Sequence record: MK234886
DNA length: 64,000 nucleotides
Origin: Escherichia phage AnYang
Reading direction: 5' to 3' (one strand)
Made by a program: the position numbers and the translations under genes. The notes under the pieces are model-generated. The model did no database searches, was not told the DNA's origin, and was given only the letters and a program-made list of their open reading frames with translations. Shown here in pieces: positions 10,456-20,743 of this stretch. Position 1 is the stretch's first letter, and every line of letters begins with the position of its first letter.

Positions 10456-11664
10456 TTAAAAATATTTCTTGTATGATGTCATTACCTTTTCATCAACATC
10501 ATTATCAATTTGTGCTACAAGGTAAGAACTGATTTCCACTTCCTGAGGAGCAGCCTGTACAGCATCAGAGTTCAGGTATTCGCGAATCCAAGGATATGGA
10601 TGGCGGGTAGGAGCATCAGTAATAGGACATGGTAAGCCACACTGCTTCATACGAGAAACTGTCAGGTAATCGACAAAAGCACCCATGTTCTGAGTATTTA
10701 ATCCAGGGCAAGTGCCATCTTTGAACAGGTGAGCGGCCCATTCTTTTTCTTGGCGGTTAACTTCCATGAAAATATCAACTGCTTCTTGTTCACACTCTTG
10801 GGCAATTTTAACCCATTCGTCGCCATCAGTACCAAGTTGAAGCTGACGAATAATGTACTGGGTACCTTTAAGGTGGAGCTGTTCATCACGTGCAATGAAC
10901 TTCATAATCTTGGCATTACCTTCCATGATTTCCATGTTTTTATGGAAGTTAAAGGTACATGCGAAAGATACATAAAAACGAATAGCTTCCAATGCGTTGA
11001 TTACGTGCAGGCAGAGGTAAAGAGAACGCATCAGTTCACGTTTCCAATACATCTCATGCTCTATGGCATCTTCAATATCATCTTCGTCTGCGTTAATTTC
11101 TTTTTGGTACTCAATATCAGCTTTAGCATTCTGCCAATATCTAGTTTTCTTTAAAACATCGTCATAATAACGACCAATGGATTCGGCACGTTTCATGATG
11201 GCGTCATCTAACAGAATTTCATCAAATACCTTAGATGGGTCTGTATAGAGGTTACGCATTATATGGGTATACGAACGTGAGTGAATAGTCTCACTAAAGG
11301 TCCATGTAGCAACCCATGTATCAAGGCTAGGGTCAGAAATCAATGCTTGGAGAGCAGCAGAAGGAGCCCGTCCCTGGATACTATCCAGAAGTGATTGATA
11401 CTTCAGGTTATTGGTAAAAATATTTTGCTGGAATTGTGGAAGCTTATTAAACTGGGCAGCATCCATCATCAAGTTAACTTCTTCTGGTCGCCAGAAAAAA
11501 CTCAACTGCTTTTCACAAAGCTCTTCGAATACTTTATGGCGTTGGATATCATAACGAGCAATACCCAATCCTGAACCAAAGAACATCGGTTCGACTAAAA
11601 CATCAACTGGGGTGGTATTAAAAACTGTAGACATATTATTCTCATTTGTTAGTGACTCATCCAT
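10456..11664 (-). CDS. nrdB: ribonucleotide reductase small subunit, uninterrupted
   Basis: 402 aa ferritin-like R2 protein immediately downstream of nrdA; no intron-sized interruption. Confidence 0.9.
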   Translation of the reverse strand: MDESLTNENNMSTVFNTTPVDVLVEPMFFGSGLGIARYDIQRHKVFEELCEKQLSFFWRPEEVNLMMDAAQFNKLPQFQQNIFTNNLKYQSLLDSIQGRAPSAALQALISDPSLDTWVATWTFSETIHSRSYTHIMRNLYTDPSKVFDEILLDDAIMKRAESIGRYYDDVLKKTRYWQNAKADIEYQKEINADEDDIEDAIEHEMYWKRELMRSLYLCLHVINALEAIRFYVSFACTFNFHKNMEIMEGNAKIMKFIARDEQLHLKGTQYIIRQLQLGTDGDEWVKIAQECEQEAVDIFMEVNRQEKEWAAHLFKDGTCPGLNTQNMGAFVDYLTVSRMKQCGLPCPITDAPTRHPYPWIREYLNSDAVQAAPQEVEISSYLVAQIDNDVDEKVMTSYKKYF

Positions 11665-11687
11665 GAGTCAATTATAATCAGATTTTA

Positions 11688-13943
11688 TTAAAGCTTACAT
11701 GCTGCACAATCGTCGGCTTTAGGAGTTTCGATTTCGTAATCGTCAGTACCAGAACCATCACGGGTATTGTGATAATAGAGATTTTTTCCGCCATAATACC
11801 AGAAATATAGCAGGTCATCAAGCATTACAGACATCGGAACTTTTCCTTTTGGAAAAATCTGCGGGTCATAATAAGTGTTTGCTGATGCCGATTGACAAAC
11901 CCATTTCAACATAATCGCCACCTGCGTAAGATAAGGTTTATTACCTTTCTTAGCGAGGGTCCAAGCGTAATCGTAGAGCCCTTGATTATGTTCTACATTA
12001 GGAACTACCTGCCGGAAGTTACCTTCTTTAGATTCTTTAATACTTACTGGGCCACGCGGAGGTTCGATACCGTTTGTAGAGTTGGAAACCTGGCTGCTTG
12101 ATTCACACGGCATAAGTGCTGATAATGTGCTATTACGGATGCCATGTTTAGCCAAGTCTTCCCGCAACGACGTCCAGTCGCAAACATAGTTAGGGGCTGC
12201 GATTTGGTCAATCTTTTTATTGTACCAGTCGATAGGTAATTCGCCTCGAGACCATTTAGTGTCTGAATAATACTCGCAAGGTCCTTTTTCTTCGGCCAGC
12301 TTGATGGATGCTCGGATAAGTCCATATTGTAATCTCTCAAACAGTTCGTGAGTTAAATCGTTAGCGTCTTCATAAGAAGCAAAGTTGCTTGCCAACCAAG
12401 CAGCGTAGTTCGTAACACCTACACCCAGGTTACGACGTTTCTTAGCCTTAAGAGCTTCAGGAACAGGATAATCTTGGTAGTCCAACAGGTTATCAAGTGC
12501 ACGTACTTGTACTTCAGCCAGCTCATTGATTTTGTCTTGGTCTTGCCAATCGAAGTTATCCAGCACAAATGCAGACAACGTACACAATCCGATTTCAGCG
12601 TCCGGACTATTCACGTCAGTAGTCGGGATAGCAATTTCACAACACAAGTTGCTCTGGCGAATAGGAGCTTTCTCACGAATAAATGGTGTGAAGTTGTTAG
12701 TGTTATCAACGAACTGAGGATAAATTCGTGCAGTGCCTGAACGTTCAGTCATGAACAATTCAAAAAGGTCACGTGCTTTAATACGTTTCTTACGAATACT
12801 AGGGTCTTTTTCAGCAGCTTCATACAATTCACGGAAACGGTCTTGGTCTTCGAAATAAGAATGGTAAAGCTCACCACTCATTTCATGAGGACTAAACAGG
12901 GTAATGTAATCATTTTTGCCGAAACGTTCCATCATAAGGTCATTCAACTGGATTCCGTAGTCCATATGACGAATACGGTTCTCATCGACACCCTTGTTGT
13001 TTTTCAGAACGAGCAGATTCTCAACTTCCAAATGCCAAATAGGATAATAAGCAGTAGCAGCGCCGCCACGGATTCCACCTTGTGAACATGATTTAACAGC
13101 AGTCTGGAAATGTTTCCAGAATGGAATAACACCAGTATGTTTGACTTCGCCCATGCCAATACGAGAACCTTCAGCACGAATCATACCAACGTTGATACCA
13201 ATACCTGCACGTTTAGAAATGTATTCAATTATTGAGTTAGCAGTTTTGTTAATAGATTTCAGTGAGTCGCCTGCTTCAATAACCACACAAGAACTAAATT
13301 GACGGGTTGGTGTACGTGCTCCGGCCATAATAGGAGTAGGCAACGAAACCTGACGAGTACTTACAGCATCATAAAAACGGATAATATGCGCTAAACGATT
13401 ACCCGGCTCTTCTTGGTGCAACGCCATACCAATGCACATAATAGCGAACTGAGGAGTTTCGTAGATTTTACCGGTTGTTTTATCTTTAACCAAATATTTC
13501 TCTTTCAGCTGCATTGCGCCTGCATAGGTCAATTCAAAGTCACGTTCATGCTTGATATGAGATTCTAAGAAAGTAATTTCTTCTGCAGAATATCGAGACA
13601 GCAATTCGGGGTCATATTTACCTTCGTTAACACAATAGGAAATATGGTCGATAAAACTACGTGGTTCAAACTGGCCGTAAACTTCTTTACGCAGTGCAAA
13701 CATCAATTGCTTTGCAGCAACATATTGGTAATCAGGCTCTTCAACCGAAATAAGGTTGGCTGCTACCTTAACAGTCAGATTCTGGATATCTTTGGTAGTC
13801 ATACCATCACGAAGATGAGATTTGATTTCTTCGTATAATTCATAGGGGTCGATTTGGGTTCCTTCACAGCCCCAAGTCAGAACTTTAATAATTTTTTGTG
13901 CGTCAAAATCTTGGGATACACCACTACTTTTTTGTACTTGCAT
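11688..13943 (-). CDS. nrdA: ribonucleotide reductase large subunit
   Basis: 751 aa class I RNR alpha subunit; C-terminal CAACKL-type tail. Confidence 0.9.
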   Translation of the reverse strand: MQVQKSSGVSQDFDAQKIIKVLTWGCEGTQIDPYELYEEIKSHLRDGMTTKDIQNLTVKVAANLISVEEPDYQYVAAKQLMFALRKEVYGQFEPRSFIDHISYCVNEGKYDPELLSRYSAEEITFLESHIKHERDFELTYAGAMQLKEKYLVKDKTTGKIYETPQFAIMCIGMALHQEEPGNRLAHIIRFYDAVSTRQVSLPTPIMAGARTPTRQFSSCVVIEAGDSLKSINKTANSIIEYISKRAGIGINVGMIRAEGSRIGMGEVKHTGVIPFWKHFQTAVKSCSQGGIRGGAATAYYPIWHLEVENLLVLKNNKGVDENRIRHMDYGIQLNDLMMERFGKNDYITLFSPHEMSGELYHSYFEDQDRFRELYEAAEKDPSIRKKRIKARDLFELFMTERSGTARIYPQFVDNTNNFTPFIREKAPIRQSNLCCEIAIPTTDVNSPDAEIGLCTLSAFVLDNFDWQDQDKINELAEVQVRALDNLLDYQDYPVPEALKAKKRRNLGVGVTNYAAWLASNFASYEDANDLTHELFERLQYGLIRASIKLAEEKGPCEYYSDTKWSRGELPIDWYNKKIDQIAAPNYVCDWTSLREDLAKHGIRNSTLSALMPCESSSQVSNSTNGIEPPRGPVSIKESKEGNFRQVVPNVEHNQGLYDYAWTLAKKGNKPYLTQVAIMLKWVCQSASANTYYDPQIFPKGKVPMSVMLDDLLYFWYYGGKNLYYHNTRDGSGTDDYEIETPKADDCAACKL

Positions 13944-14071
13944 AATTTCCTCAATATGTTAGGTTCTATAATTATTCTATCATAGAACCTGTTAAGCATG
14001 GACTGATATTTATAGAATGAAATTCAGTCCGACCATAATAACCAAAAACAGAGTACAGATTATTTGAATTT

Positions 14072-15760
<1,689 letters not shown>

Positions 15761-15785
15761 TTTATTCTCCTTAGTTGATAAGGCT

Positions 15786-15815
15786 ATAGTATCACTACCA
15801 TAGCCTGGTGTAAAC
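15786..15815 (-). promoter_or_regulatory. T4-type early promoter with stem-loop
   Basis: -35 GTTTAC (15810..15815), -10 TACTAT (15786..15791); inverted repeat AGGCTAT...ATAGCCT. Confidence 0.6.
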
Positions 15816-16043
15816 TTATTTTTGAATTAAGCCCATATAAAATTTAGCGTCTTCCGGGTGCATACCGTCACAATACTCGTCAGCCATAAAGCGGGTAAGG
15901 TCTTCAAGAGGACCTTGGACTTCAATTTGCATACTGCAGAATTGCGTATCTTTAATATAGGTCATAACTAAAGAAGGATAACGATTACGGATAACTTCGT
16001 AAGTGTATTCAAAATCAACGATATCAATATTAACCTTAGCCAT
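15816..16043 (-). CDS. hypothetical protein (frd.x position)
   Basis: ORF track; SD GAGGA; promoter 16074..16102 upstream. Confidence 0.4.
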   Translation of the reverse strand: MAKVNIDIVDFEYTYEVIRNRYPSLVMTYIKDTQFCSMQIEVQGPLEDLTRFMADEYCDGMHPEDAKFYMGLIQK

Positions 16044-16073
16044 TTTATTTTCCTCATGTAGTTGATAGGTTCT

Positions 16074-16102
16074 ATAGTATCATGTTTAAAGGCATTGTAA
16101 AC
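16074..16102 (-). promoter_or_regulatory. T4-type early promoter
   Basis: -35 GTTTAC (16097..16102), 17-nt spacer, -10 TACTAT (16074..16079). Confidence 0.6.
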
Positions 16103-16111
16103 CATTAAATG

Positions 16112-16138
16112 CCAAAAAGGGAAGACCGAAGTCTTCCC
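16112..16138 (-). terminator. intrinsic terminator downstream of gene 32
   Basis: GGGAAGAC-TTCG-GTCTTCCC hairpin followed by a TTTTT run. Confidence 0.75.
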
Positions 16139-16154
16139 ATTATAAATCAATAAC

Positions 16155-17066
16155 TTATAGACCAGCTAACAGGTCGTCCAGACCATCGTCATCAGAAGGA
16201 CTTACTGACGGCTCAGGAGTAGTGGAACGAGCAGGTGTAGACGGTTTGGAATCATATGCATCAAGGTCTGCACTGAATGCGTCCAGGTCATCACCAATCT
16301 TATCAGCGGCTGCAGATGCGACAGCGGCAGCACCACCAAGAGCAGCTGTACCAACAACTTTCTTAAACTTAGCTTCGTTAGTTTCGAATGATTTGAACTC
16401 GAGCAGTTTAGAAAGGTCGTGCATTTCTTCCATCAATTTAGCTTGGTAAGCTTCATCATTGATGTTAGGAATTTCAGACTGACCCATGAATTTGGAATCG
16501 TCATAGTTCTTGAAGTCGCCAACTTTCTTAGATTTCAGTACGAAGTTCGCACCATCAAACGGACATGTTACGTCAACCGGCACTTCACCGATATCAGTAT
16601 CAACTTCAACCATCTGGTTGATTTTATCCATAATTTTCTGACCGAAACGGAATTTAAACACTTTACCTTCGTTAGCAGGCACTGCACTATCCTTAATAAC
16701 AAGGATGTTAGCCCAGAAGGAAGTTTTACGTTTCATCAGTTTGTATTCGGCATTATTAGTATTAAAGGTATCATTCTGGTTCATGTATTTACATACAGGA
16801 CATGAATCGAAATCACCATGAGTAGACGTACATGATTCGATATACCACTGACCATTTTTCTTAAAACCATGGTTAACAAGCTTAACGAATGGGGATGGAT
16901 TAGCTTCGTTTTTCGAAGGAAGGAATCGAATAACTGCGGTTCCTACGCCATTGTCATCTTTCAATTTCCATTCGGATTTGTCATCAGACGAGAAAGAAGA
17001 GCCACCTTTCATTGCAGACAGTTGAGCAGCAAGTTCAGCAGGATTACGGCGTTTAAACATAGACAT
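16155..17066 (-). CDS. 32: gp32 single-stranded DNA-binding protein
   Basis: MFKR..AELAAQ, WKLK, zinc site CxxC and acidic C-terminal DDLL tail; near-identical to remembered T4 gp32. Confidence 0.95.
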   Translation of the reverse strand: MSMFKRRNPAELAAQLSAMKGGSSFSSDDKSEWKLKDDNGVGTAVIRFLPSKNEANPSPFVKLVNHGFKKNGQWYIESCTSTHGDFDSCPVCKYMNQNDTFNTNNAEYKLMKRKTSFWANILVIKDSAVPANEGKVFKFRFGQKIMDKINQMVEVDTDIGEVPVDVTCPFDGANFVLKSKKVGDFKNYDDSKFMGQSEIPNINDEAYQAKLMEEMHDLSKLLEFKSFETNEAKFKKVVGTAALGGAAAVASAAADKIGDDLDAFSADLDAYDSKPSTPARSTTPEPSVSPSDDDGLDDLLAGL

Positions 17067-17110
17067 ATTATTTACCTTATTTGATATATTTAATAAATTT
17101 ATTAACAGTT
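17067..17110 (-). promoter_or_regulatory. candidate gene 32 translational operator (A/U-rich leader)
   Basis: Leader AAUAAAUUUAUUAAAUAUAUCAAAUAAGGUAAAUAAUAUG is A/U-rich and unstructured, as expected for gp32 autoregulation. Confidence 0.4.
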
Positions 17111-17164
17111 GTTGTTATCACGTTTACCTTGATAACTAGGTTTTGAAGATGAAGTAATTATATA

Positions 17165-17809
17165 TCACTTCGAATAAAGCATTTTTAACTTAATGAATTC
17201 AGGGTCATCATTAGGAACCCAACCCTCATTAAATTGTTTAATCATACTCTTTGATGTAGTTTCACTAACATTTATACCAGAGTTAATGAGACGCCTCCAT
17301 CCACAAGCTCTTCCACTAGAATTAATTATACAATAATTAGTATAAGCAATATCACTAAGCATCCAATCTAAAGGGTTTGCTCTAGAAGTTTTCCAAGGAC
17401 GGTAATCGGGTTGATTCATATAGTTAGCAGCTTTCATATGGGCTCTAACTTCAGGACGTTTGGCTGGGTGAGTGCATCCAAAGACTCCAAATCCGCCACC
17501 GGCATAAACCAAATTAAAATAATCATCATTATCTCTAGCTTGAACTTCCAATTGTTCTGAACGTTCAATATTAATAACAATATCAAATGGCGTTATAGCC
17601 AAAATTTCAACAATAGGTTTTTCTTCTTCGAGGGCCTCTTTAAATCTTGATTGCTCGCAAGAGGTCCAATACTCTTTACCTTTACAGTCAATAATCACGC
17701 CATTTTCAAAAGTACAATTAGTTTTAGAACCTATGTACGAAAACGGCTTAATATTATTAGCCTGACGATTAAGCCAAGTCATTTTATAAACTATATTCAA
17801 AATTGACAA
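17165..17809 (-). CDS. hypothetical protein (T4 segG position); possible degenerate GIY-YIG-like N-terminus
   Basis: ORF track start is a TTG; N-terminus IVYKMTWLNRQANNIKPFSYIGS weakly resembles GIY..YIG, but the real start is uncertain. Confidence 0.35.
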   Translation of the reverse strand: MSILNIVYKMTWLNRQANNIKPFSYIGSKTNCTFENGVIIDCKGKEYWTSCEQSRFKEALEEEKPIVEILAITPFDIVINIERSEQLEVQARDNDDYFNLVYAGGGFGVFGCTHPAKRPEVRAHMKAANYMNQPDYRPWKTSRANPLDWMLSDIAYTNYCIINSSGRACGWRRLINSGINVSETTSKSMIKQFNEGWVPNDDPEFIKLKMLYSK

Positions 17810-18450
17810 CTCTTAATAGTCTCAATGAATAATTTTCTTGCCTCTACAGCATCTATTATAAGAATTTTTTTGTAAGCATTTAATTTAGTCGAATACTTAG
17901 ACCACACTAAATCGTTAGTCTTTTCATCGTGCTTATCAATTATACCCATAAATGAATCAAGCAAAATAAACGTTTCGAATGAAATCACATTTGATTGAAG
18001 GAGCTTAAAAATATAGCTCGAGTTAACTTTTTTATTATAATCAAAAATTTCAGAAAGCGCTTGAACTTCCACTTTCTTACTAAAATAATAAATGTTTTTG
18101 ATATCATCCTCAAAAACTTGTTTTATTCTTTTAAGTCTACCGATATATTCTCGGTAAAAGACTAAGGCGTCAGCATCACTGATGTCGCCAATCCATGCGT
18201 CTTGGTTAGCCACCAAGTTACTCATGAAGATAAGAGCAAGCTCTTTCAAAGTGTATTTATCACTCAATTTCTCAAAGAAATATTTGTCACGACGTTTTTG
18301 ATAAGCCGTATCAGAGATTCGCATGACCCAGTTATATTTTATAACGTCGTATTTGGCATTGAAGTGATGTTTAAGTTGCAAATATAAAGAATACACGCTC
18401 TTACCATTCACCATACGATTGCTGTTTGGTGGCATACGAATCTTAATCAT
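17797..18450 (-). CDS. 59: gp59 helicase loader
   Basis: 217 aa, near-identical to remembered T4 gp59. Confidence 0.9.
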   Translation of the reverse strand: MIKIRMPPNSNRMVNGKSVYSLYLQLKHHFNAKYDVIKYNWVMRISDTAYQKRRDKYFFEKLSDKYTLKELALIFMSNLVANQDAWIGDISDADALVFYREYIGRLKRIKQVFEDDIKNIYYFSKKVEVQALSEIFDYNKKVNSSYIFKLLQSNVISFETFILLDSFMGIIDKHDEKTNDLVWSKYSTKLNAYKKILIIDAVEARKLFIETIKSCQF

Positions 18451-19129
18451 GATATTTCCATCCGGTCCACTTATCGCTTTTTAATCTGTAACTAACCAAA
18501 CTATTAGATATTCCGAATTTGGAAGCCACTTCAGAACATGAATCATAACATATTCCATCGATAAGCAATTTCTTTTTGTATAAGTCTTTAAAAGATTGTG
18601 GCCTAGGTCCTGTATTTGCCTTAAGAAGAGCAGCTCTTGTACTATCAGGCATTTTAGGTCCTTTCTTACCTGCTCTGGATTTACTTAGAGCTTTTCGATG
18701 TGCATCGGTAAGATTAATACCTTTATTTGGTGAAGGTATATTTCTAAGTCTTCTTGTTATAGAAACTTTTTTACAAACACTATCAGGTCGTGGAATACCT
18801 AATTTAGATTTACTTATAGCAAGTTTATGTTCTTCAGATATTTTCTTACCAAGTCCACCTTTACCGCCAACAACCAAATTATAAGTATTCGGGTCTGAAA
18901 CAAATTCTTCGTTAACGAGTTCTCGCTCTTTATCAAAGGCCTCCTCTTGGGAATCCATAACAAAGAGAATTTCTTTTTCAAAATTCTCTATACCATGTTT
19001 TAATATAGCCTTCTTAATTAACTTACCTGAACCCATATAATGGTCATGGCGTTTGGTTTCTTTATGCACACCGATATAAATTTTACCATTCAATTTATTG
19101 GTTACTTTATATACGGTGTGTTTAATCAT
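18443..19129 (-). CDS. freestanding GIY-YIG homing endonuclease (Seg-like)
   Basis: YKVTNKLNGKIYIGVHKE GIY-YIG motif with repeated basic NUMOD-like segments; inserted between 59 and 33. Confidence 0.7.
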   Translation of the reverse strand: MIKHTVYKVTNKLNGKIYIGVHKETKRHDHYMGSGKLIKKAILKHGIENFEKEILFVMDSQEEAFDKERELVNEEFVSDPNTYNLVVGGKGGLGKKISEEHKLAISKSKLGIPRPDSVCKKVSITRRLRNIPSPNKGINLTDAHRKALSKSRAGKKGPKMPDSTRAALLKANTGPRPQSFKDLYKKKLLIDGICYDSCSEVASKFGISNSLVSYRLKSDKWTGWKYHD

Positions 19130-19428
19130 AACAAGAAATCCAGAGTATTAGTCTTTTGCGTTCTGGCCATTGAAGGTCGAAGCAAGTTATCATCAATGGC
19201 TTCGTTCATAATTTTATCAATAATTCCTGCAGGCAAATAACGAGCAAAGTTACCTTCAGGGATGCTGTTCTCTTCCAACCATGCGGTAGCCGCTTCGAGG
19301 TAACTACAACCTTCAGCCTCAACAAAGGCCTCAATATCAAGGCCATTCTGTTGTTTGTTTACCAATACATGGACGGGTTCGGAAGCGGTATTAACCGCTC
19401 CATCAAAATCATTCAAAGATTGTGTCAT
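19126..19428 (-). CDS. 33: gp33 late-transcription co-activator
   Basis: C-terminus EENSIPE...IDDNLLRPS..KTNTLDFLL matches remembered T4 gp33. Confidence 0.85.
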   Translation of the reverse strand: MTQSLNDFDGAVNTASEPVHVLVNKQQNGLDIEAFVEAEGCSYLEAATAWLEENSIPEGNFARYLPAGIIDKIMNEAIDDNLLRPSMARTQKTNTLDFLL

Positions 19429-19687
19429 ACAGTTCTACCACTTCAGTTTTTTCGTCTTCGAAACGTTCACGAGTGCCTTTATGGTACAAGGAGAACAGCT
19501 GGTTAAACATTTTACCATCTACACCAAGTTCAGTCTTAGCACGGTCTTTGATATCTTTAATTTCGTCACCGTAAGCTTCCATTTTTAATTTAGTATCGGA
19601 AGCCGACTTAATCAGTTGTGCCAATGTGTTACCATGTTCTTCTTGATTGAATTCAACTTTCACTTTTTCTTTAGCCATTATATTCAC
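19409..19687 (-). CDS. dsbA: DsbA-like double-stranded DNA-binding protein, by synteny
   Basis: About 90 aa between 33 and rnh as in T4. Confidence 0.55.
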   Translation of the reverse strand: MNIMAKEKVKVEFNQEEHGNTLAQLIKSASDTKLKMEAYGDEIKDIKDRAKTELGVDGKMFNQLFSLYHKGTRERFEDEKTEVVELYDTIFE

Positions 19688-19688
19688 C

Positions 19689-20636
19689 TTAATAAAAATC
19701 AGCTACTGTAGCGGTTAGTTTAGACAAACCGGATTTAACGAAATAAGGATAAACTTTAGATTTCGAAGGTTTGTTATACGTATTATATCTTTCAGTAATT
19801 AAAGCAACAATATCATCTGGAATAAAGTCCATATCAATTAAGATTTGGTTTTCACAGAAACGTTCATATTGTTCTTCAGTAAGAAGTGTTTTAATTATAT
19901 CATGGTCATAATAATTAAGAGCAATTGCTTCAAGTTCCTTGGCACGAGTGCTAGGAGTACGTTCGCCTTCAACCATTGTCAACCAGTAATCACCACGAAC
20001 TTTAATACTCGCAACGTTATCTTTACGGTCGCCTTTAACTACTTTAGTTACACAATCAAGCAAGGCATCGCCAGATTTCGTTTTGACGAATTTTTTCTGC
20101 ATTGGAGACCATTGTTTTACCCCAGGGAATTTATGAAGTTGGGTAAAGTCACCATCCGAAGAACCGATCATAACAGGATGGCCTAAAGCCGTGAGGATGC
20201 GAGTCAATACAGCAATATGGTCATCAGCTTCGATTGTATCGATATTCATAACAATATAAGGCATGTTTTGTTCCAGTTCATCAACAATAATATGCATTGC
20301 AGTGAATAAACCTTCCCAATCAAATGGTGATTCGTCACGTGCCTTAGCACGGTTTTTCTTATAATAAGAAGAATAACGACGACGCCAATAACCTGATTTA
20401 GAGTTATCGACACAAATGATTAATTGGTTGTAACCTTGTTTTTTAAAGTCTTTAATGTTTTTCTTAATTGAATTCAACACGAGATGTCGAAGCATTGCTG
20501 TAGTTACTTTAGGAAATCCAGCATTTTCACCAAATTCTTGGAAAGCCGCAGCCATAATGATTTGGCTGAAGTCTAACAACAAGAATCCATCTTTTTGTTG
20601 GTCTTCTTCAGGAAGTAAAAAATCTAAATCGTTCAT
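19689..20636 (-). CDS. rnh: RNase H (5'-3' exonuclease/flap endonuclease)
   Basis: Strong match to remembered T4 RNase H; start set to ATG 20636 because the ORF-track start lies inside the promoter -10. Confidence 0.9.
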   Translation of the reverse strand: MNDLDFLLPEEDQQKDGFLLLDFSQIIMAAAFQEFGENAGFPKVTTAMLRHLVLNSIKKNIKDFKKQGYNQLIICVDNSKSGYWRRRYSSYYKKNRAKARDESPFDWEGLFTAMHIIVDELEQNMPYIVMNIDTIEADDHIAVLTRILTALGHPVMIGSSDGDFTQLHKFPGVKQWSPMQKKFVKTKSGDALLDCVTKVVKGDRKDNVASIKVRGDYWLTMVEGERTPSTRAKELEAIALNYYDHDIIKTLLTEEQYERFCENQILIDMDFIPDDIVALITERYNTYNKPSKSKVYPYFVKSGLSKLTATVADFY

Positions 20637-20667
20637 ATGAACCTCTGTCCAATTAGTGTAGAGGTTC

Positions 20668-20696
20668 ATTATATCATGACCCTAGAAGAAGTAAAC
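20668..20696 (-). promoter_or_regulatory. T4-type early promoter (rnh)
   Basis: -35 GTTTAC (20691..20696), 17-nt spacer, -10 TATAAT (20668..20673). Confidence 0.6.
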
Positions 20697-20703
20697 ACTT
20701 TGC

Positions 20704-20711
20704 TATAAATA
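20704..20711 (+). promoter_or_regulatory. T4 late promoter (gene 34)
   Basis: Exact TATAAATA about 33 nt upstream of the gene 34 ATG. Confidence 0.7.
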
Positions 20712-20743
20712 GTTCTATACCCTGAAAACGAAAAGGAAATAAA

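Noticed and set aside
10729-11154. 141-aa plus-strand ORF inside nrdB, and similar plus-strand ORFs inside minus-strand genes (for example 16419..16805, 35750..36151, 50475..50894, 57755..58087)
   Set aside because: Antisense shadow ORFs within well-supported genes; no SD or promoter, low-complexity hydrophobic translations.
13944-14071. Possible late promoter and group I intron remnant between td and nrdA
   Set aside because: Only a short hairpin and one tatttata match about 65 nt from the nrdA start; too short for an intron core, and both ORFs are intact.
17165-17809. Confident call of a SegG homing endonuclease between genes 32 and 59
   Set aside because: The GIY-YIG resemblance depends on a TTG start and lacks the conserved Arg/Glu context; kept as hypothetical.
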